Virus record (IMG/VR): IMGVR_UViG_3300033752_000251
Reading direction: 5' to 3' (one strand)
DNA from: an uncultured virus (IMG/VR IMGVR_UViG_3300033752_000251)
Taxonomy: Duplodnaviria; Heunggongvirae; Uroviricota; Caudoviricetes
Length of the DNA: 20,000 bases
Shown piece by piece: positions 15,586 to 20,000 of this stretch. The translations under genes and the position numbers were made by a program. Below the pieces are notes generated by a model. It was not told the origin of the DNA and made no database searches. It saw nothing but the letters and a program-made list of their open reading frames with translations. The stretch's first letter is position 1. Every line of letters starts with the position of its first letter.

Positions 15586-17547
15586 ATGAAAACATTTATT
15601 ACTATCGAGAGTAAATTGTCTACGGAAGAAAGAAAAAATCTTCCGGATGAATTGTTCGGTCTTCCTAGGGAAAGAAAGTACCCTCTTACAGATGAAGAGC
15701 ATGTAAGGAAAGCCATTCAATTCTTTCGTTACGCACCGCCTAGAAAGCGTAACGAGCTTGCTAATAATATTAATAAAAGAGCCGTTAAACTTGGTATGAA
15801 ACTCAGAATTAGTAAAGATAGTCCCTTTTATAAATACGCAGACAAATCCATTCTGATTGAATCTTATGGTGTTCCGGAAGAGTTGGTTAATCGTTTAATC
15901 GAATCTGGCACTGAAGAAATTCAGGAGATTCTGGACAAAATAAATCAAGAATTTGGTCTTTCTTTGTCGGGTATGTTCGACCAACTTTTTGATAAATCTT
16001 CAATTGATGCAATTAAGAAAATCGAAATTGATATGCAAAAAATATTTGACCTTGACGGAATCTTTTACAATAAAAGCCTTGAGCAAGTTAAAAGAAAAGT
16101 ACACTGTATCAATCCATTTAAACTTATCAATAATGCAATGAAAGATTCGTATAAAATGATCTTTAAATTTATTGAGTATAATTCCGATTTCGATACGAAA
16201 AATAGTAGGCTTATCTATGATATTATCGAAGACATTAGTTTTAGCTTAGGTGATAGCATTCTTATTAATAACAAAGAAAAATTTGATCAGCAATTTACTA
16301 AGTTTAAAGAAATCATTAATAACTATCCCTGTAACTACTACCACGTACGTAGGAAATTGATCGAACTGTATTTTACTTCAGCAATCAATCTTATTGATAA
16401 TGAAGTACATGATTCTACAAAACCCGAAATGTATACGGTTGCTTCTTTCCTTAGTAAAGTCACCAGTGATATCAATGATGTATTACTTGGGATTAAAGAC
16501 AAATTGGAAGATTCTGTGATAGTTATTGATCCCAATATTGCTAATTCATATATTAATTCCATAAATGAAAGAGATTTTAAACTTTCTCTTCTTAAAACAA
16601 ATCTCAAGACGCTCAAAAAAGAACTTGATAATGAAATAGATATTATTAAAATGGCCGCAAACATTGATGGTTCTGATAGTGAATTACAAATGTCTTTCTT
16701 CTCGCTTGATGACTTGGTAAACTTTGCGGATGCCGAAATTATTAACACTATCACTTATCTCGATAGTGCAATTAGTGATGAAAATATTAAGATGTATAAT
16801 AAACATCTTACAACTAAACTTGACGGTTCCGATCTTTTGTTTATGAATAAAACCAATAAGTACCAACGTTTATTTGTGGCCCACGATTACAATAACGAAC
16901 CAATCTATTTTGGTATTTGTAAAGATAGATTATATCTTTTGACAAAGGATGAAAGAAACGATAAAGATTATTACCTGTTGGTTCTTTATAAGAACGGAGA
17001 AAAGCTGAGTAATGATATCAACCTAATTTGCAGAGAGATTGATTTTGATAAATCACACTCATTGAAAGCAATAAAAATTTCTCCGATCAATAAAGAATTA
17101 CAGGAATTCTTAATGAATCCTGTTACCGAAGGATTCTTTATTGACGAAGATGGAAATATGAAATTTAAATTCAAACCTCGTAAGACTTATATGGATGAAT
17201 ATGCTGAAAATCATAAAATTCTCGTCATGAATAGTAAAGGAAAGAATTACGAAGGTATGAAAAACAATCTTGCATTCCTTTTCGCTCTTATTAATCAAAT
17301 TGAGCGTGAAGTAATTCATGGTGATACAAGTAAATTTTCCAAAGAATATATTGAAAATGCCAAGAAAGCAAGGATGTTTGCAATCAATGATTTCAAAACC
17401 TATATGAAAGAAATTCAGAAAGCTGAACCTAATTTCGATTTTATGAAATACTATGAAGAAAGTGACTATGGTAAATTTGTAGTCAGTGTCAAAAAAGAGG
17501 AAATTGTGGGTCTTAAAAAATTACTGCGAACCATACTTTATTCATAA
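15586..17547 (+). CDS. Large late protein with N-terminal DUF6582-like domain; putative internal head protein
   Basis: LSTEERKNLPDELFGLPRERKYPLTDEEHVRKAIQFF matches my recollection of DUF6582. SD GAGGAG and late promoter. Confidence 0.7.
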   Translation: MKTFITIESKLSTEERKNLPDELFGLPRERKYPLTDEEHVRKAIQFFRYAPPRKRNELANNINKRAVKLGMKLRISKDSPFYKYADKSILIESYGVPEELVNRLIESGTEEIQEILDKINQEFGLSLSGMFDQLFDKSSIDAIKKIEIDMQKIFDLDGIFYNKSLEQVKRKVHCINPFKLINNAMKDSYKMIFKFIEYNSDFDTKNSRLIYDIIEDISFSLGDSILINNKEKFDQQFTKFKEIINNYPCNYYHVRRKLIELYFTSAINLIDNEVHDSTKPEMYTVASFLSKVTSDINDVLLGIKDKLEDSVIVIDPNIANSYINSINERDFKLSLLKTNLKTLKKELDNEIDIIKMAANIDGSDSELQMSFFSLDDLVNFADAEIINTITYLDSAISDENIKMYNKHLTTKLDGSDLLFMNKTNKYQRLFVAHDYNNEPIYFGICKDRLYLLTKDERNDKDYYLLVLYKNGEKLSNDINLICREIDFDKSHSLKAIKISPINKELQEFLMNPVTEGFFIDEDGNMKFKFKPRKTYMDEYAENHKILVMNSKGKNYEGMKNNLAFLFALINQIEREVIHGDTSKFSKEYIENAKKARMFAINDFKTYMKEIQKAEPNFDFMKYYEESDYGKFVVSVKKEEIVGLKKLLRTILYS

Positions 17548-17578
17548 TCACAAATCGCTTCAGGAGGTTATTAAAAAA

Positions 17579-18139
17579 ATGCCCGTAATCAAAATTGAAA
17601 GAGTTGGCGAGCCTGTAAAACTCTCCGAACTTGACAATTTTGCTCTGTTTAAAAGTGAAAGATTTCCCAATATTGTATTTATGCAAAAAGGTGTTACACA
17701 CAAAAGGGTTCTTGCACTTGCTGTTTATGACGGTAATAAGTATTATGATGACCTTACCAGAAGGCCTCAATATAAAGCAGAAATTTTTAATGAAGATGAT
17801 ATCGTTCAAGAAGTAAAATTTATATCCGATTCTTTTAGTGAGAAAATTTCTTTCCAAAAGGTAAATGTTAGATCAGAAGTCAATCTCCCTAACATTTATT
17901 TCACTATTAATTCTGAGGACGGTGTGCTCAATATCACTCTGTCTGATGGATTCGAAACCCGTGAGGTGCATGATTCTCCGGATGATAGAAATGTGAATAA
18001 CTGCTTCCCATTGTCGTCTAATAACATCTATTCATTTACAGTAGATTTTGATTTCAGAGAGCAGTTGGGAGAAGAACTTGATAAAACAATTAGAACCCTT
18101 CAAAAAATTAAAAATGTGATTCACGGACCCACAGTATAA
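17579..18139 (+). CDS. Hypothetical protein (about 186 aa)
   Basis: SD AGGAGGT before ATG 17579. The GTG 17486 start would overlap the upstream gene. Confidence 0.8.
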   Translation: MPVIKIERVGEPVKLSELDNFALFKSERFPNIVFMQKGVTHKRVLALAVYDGNKYYDDLTRRPQYKAEIFNEDDIVQEVKFISDSFSEKISFQKVNVRSEVNLPNIYFTINSEDGVLNITLSDGFETREVHDSPDDRNVNNCFPLSSNNIYSFTVDFDFREQLGEELDKTIRTLQKIKNVIHGPTV

Positions 18140-18150
18140 AACATGCAAAA

Positions 18151-18197
18151 TCCCGTATGTAGGAAAGTGTCCCCTACATACGGGAAAATTATTTTTT
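18151..18197 (+). terminator. Probable terminator
   Basis: 13-bp stem TCCCGTATGTAGG / CCTACATACGGGA followed by an AT/T-rich tail. Confidence 0.7.
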
Positions 18198-18243
18198 ACG
18201 AGGACCGAACAGATAAAGTAAAAACTTTTAAGGGGTGTTTGAC

Positions 18244-19308
18244 ATGAAACGAAATAATATAAATTATTTCGCATATGTTACCTCTCTACTCCTGCTTCTT
18301 ACCACGATGGTTCTCCTTTACGATAATAATGTCAATTCTGGTTATGCACAAGGTAGCACGGCTGCTGTACAACCTAATATTATTGAAGAAGAAAAAGTTG
18401 AAGATATTTCTCTTCAACAACAACCTGTTGATCTTTTCATTCAAGAAGATGTTCCTGCAGAAGATGTGATGCAGGATAACACCGATGTTGATGTTTCTCA
18501 ATTGGAAGAACAGGAATCCGTTATTATAGAGGAAAATCCGGTGGAAATTATTTCCGCTAAAAAATATATGGTAACGGCGTATTATCTCAATCTTCGGGAA
18601 GGTCCTAGTAGCCAAACCAAGATTCTTGATGTGTTGGAAAAGGATACCGTTATTGAAATTAAACCTGAATCTAACGGAACGTGGCTTGAATTGGTAAGGG
18701 GCGGCTTTGTCCACTCTAATTACGTAGAACTTGTAGAGGAAGAAGAAGCTCAAGCTCAAGATGAATCGGTTATCGAAACGAATACAAAGAAACCGGAAGT
18801 CAAAATTCTTTCTTATGAGCCTACTCACGCAATTAACACAAATGTAATCTACGACGAAATTATTAACCCGATCGAACATGGTGTTAATACTATTTCTAAT
18901 CTGACCGTAGAACAAATTGAGTTTATTCTCGAAGGAACAAATCTTGCTGGTATTGAAGAAGCTATTATTGAAGCTGAGAAGAACGAAAACGTAAATGCTC
19001 TGTTTACCGTTGCGGTTGCTAAACTTGAAAGTGCAAATGGAAACAGCAAACTGGCTAAGAATAAAAATAATCTATTTGGTCTAAATGCTTATGGTTCTGA
19101 TCCATATAAAAATGCTTCATCTTATGAAAGTATGGAAGAATGTGTTCTAGAATTTGGTGAGATCATAAATGAACGTTATATCGAAAAAGGTCGTACAACC
19201 ATATCTCAGATAAATAAGAAATATGCATCGGATCAAAATTGGAAAAATAAAGTTTCATCAATAATTAAGAAAGATCTAGATAAGCTCAAAAAGAAAAACT
19301 TTTTATAA
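18244..19308 (+). CDS. Exported or membrane-anchored peptidoglycan hydrolase: SH3b plus GH73 glucosaminidase
   Basis: N-terminal hydrophobic segment and acidic linker. SH3b VTAYYLNLREGPS...W...GGFVHSNYV. GH73 motifs AKLESANGNS...KNNLFGLNAY and YASDQNW. SD AAGGGGTG favours ATG 18244. Confidence 0.88.
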   Translation: MKRNNINYFAYVTSLLLLLTTMVLLYDNNVNSGYAQGSTAAVQPNIIEEEKVEDISLQQQPVDLFIQEDVPAEDVMQDNTDVDVSQLEEQESVIIEENPVEIISAKKYMVTAYYLNLREGPSSQTKILDVLEKDTVIEIKPESNGTWLELVRGGFVHSNYVELVEEEEAQAQDESVIETNTKKPEVKILSYEPTHAINTNVIYDEIINPIEHGVNTISNLTVEQIEFILEGTNLAGIEEAIIEAEKNENVNALFTVAVAKLESANGNSKLAKNKNNLFGLNAYGSDPYKNASSYESMEECVLEFGEIINERYIEKGRTTISQINKKYASDQNWKNKVSSIIKKDLDKLKKKNFL

Positions 19309-19311
19309 ATA

Positions 19312-19365
19312 TATATTATTTGAGAGTATCAATATAAAAATATATTCTTGGAAACAAGAATATAA
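19312..19365 (+). promoter_or_regulatory. Tandem early (TATATTAT 19312-19319) and late (AACA-AGAATA-TAA 19353-19365) promoters
   Basis: Both motifs are exact matches within an 81-nt intergenic gap. Confidence 0.65.
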
Positions 19366-19389
19366 ATCAAAACTAGGAGGTTAAAAAAG

Positions 19390-19998
19390 ATGGCAAATCA
19401 AGAAAGTGCTGTCGCTGCAGTAGATGTTATGGAGAGGGTTGTGGATATCGACCCGATCGGAGCTATCTACAATGTAACCAACAAACAAATCGAAGAATTC
19501 GTGGAATCGTACCTGCGTGACGTCAAGGGCATTCGTGGCGTTGAAACGGCTCGCCTCTTTGTGCATAATGAGGGCCATATTGAGAAAGGCGTTGCTCCGG
19601 ATCTGAACTTCATCTTGTTCATGGATCTGAACTCTGAGGATATCGTCAGCGATATCAATCGGATTCCTCAGCACCTGCGGAAGCTGATGGCTCCGTCTTC
19701 GCTCCAGCCTTCTCAAAAGCTGGTTGACGCACTGTTGCCGATCACCAAGGGCCTGAACCTGGATGCGAGCGTGAAAGATAACATTGCGTATGCACACCTT
19801 GACCTGATCAAGGTTCTCGCCCTGATGTTTGCCGTGAAACGCGGAATCCACATGGTCCGTGTACTTGATGTCAAACGGGTGGGCAAGAACAACTGCGTGT
19901 TCATGGTCGCAAAGATTCAATCTCTGTCCGAGAAAGCGACCGTTATCACTGACAAATATGATCGCCTCACCCAAATGATTCGGGAAGAAAGATATTGA
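19390..19998 (+). CDS. Hypothetical protein (202 aa), probably highly expressed
   Basis: SD AGGAGGT and dual promoters. Visibly richer in C/G-ending codons (ATC, CTG, AAC, GAC) than neighbouring genes. Confidence 0.85.
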   Translation: MANQESAVAAVDVMERVVDIDPIGAIYNVTNKQIEEFVESYLRDVKGIRGVETARLFVHNEGHIEKGVAPDLNFILFMDLNSEDIVSDINRIPQHLRKLMAPSSLQPSQKLVDALLPITKGLNLDASVKDNIAYAHLDLIKVLALMFAVKRGIHMVRVLDVKRVGKNNCVFMVAKIQSLSEKATVITDKYDRLTQMIREERY

Positions 19999-20000
19999 TC

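Noticed and set aside
19381..19974. 197-aa minus-strand ORF
   Set aside because: Antisense shadow of 19390..19998, which has the SD and promoters.

Overview
AT-rich, gene-dense segment of a jumbo myophage genome, most like the Bacillus AR9/PBS1 group of phages with two multisubunit RNA polymerases. Strong GGAGG/GGGGTG Shine-Dalgarno sites suggest a Firmicutes host. It carries the C-terminal part of a probable sigma-like subunit of the non-virion RNAP, a zinc-finger/TOPRIM primase, and late virion/head genes. A minus-strand late operon runs gp25-like baseplate wedge, gp26-like hub/tail chaperone, small ORFs, then the N-half of a split RNAP beta' with GGDYDGD. Further right are two paralogous early genes, a Zn-finger/PD-(D/E)xK nuclease/permuted NlpC-P60 multidomain protein, a broken serine-protease/HExxH locus, a DUF6582-like protein and an SH3b-glucosaminidase. 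Features the ORF track misses: a probable programmed -1 frameshift extending the tail chaperone by 88 aa; a standalone 24-aa micro-gene; two promoter classes (AACA-N6-TAA late, TATATTAT-like early); recurring hydrophobic-x-E sites suggesting protease-processed head cargo; a decayed gene after the primase; and two perfect palindromes (22 and 46 bp). All family assignments come from motif recognition and recall, not database searches.
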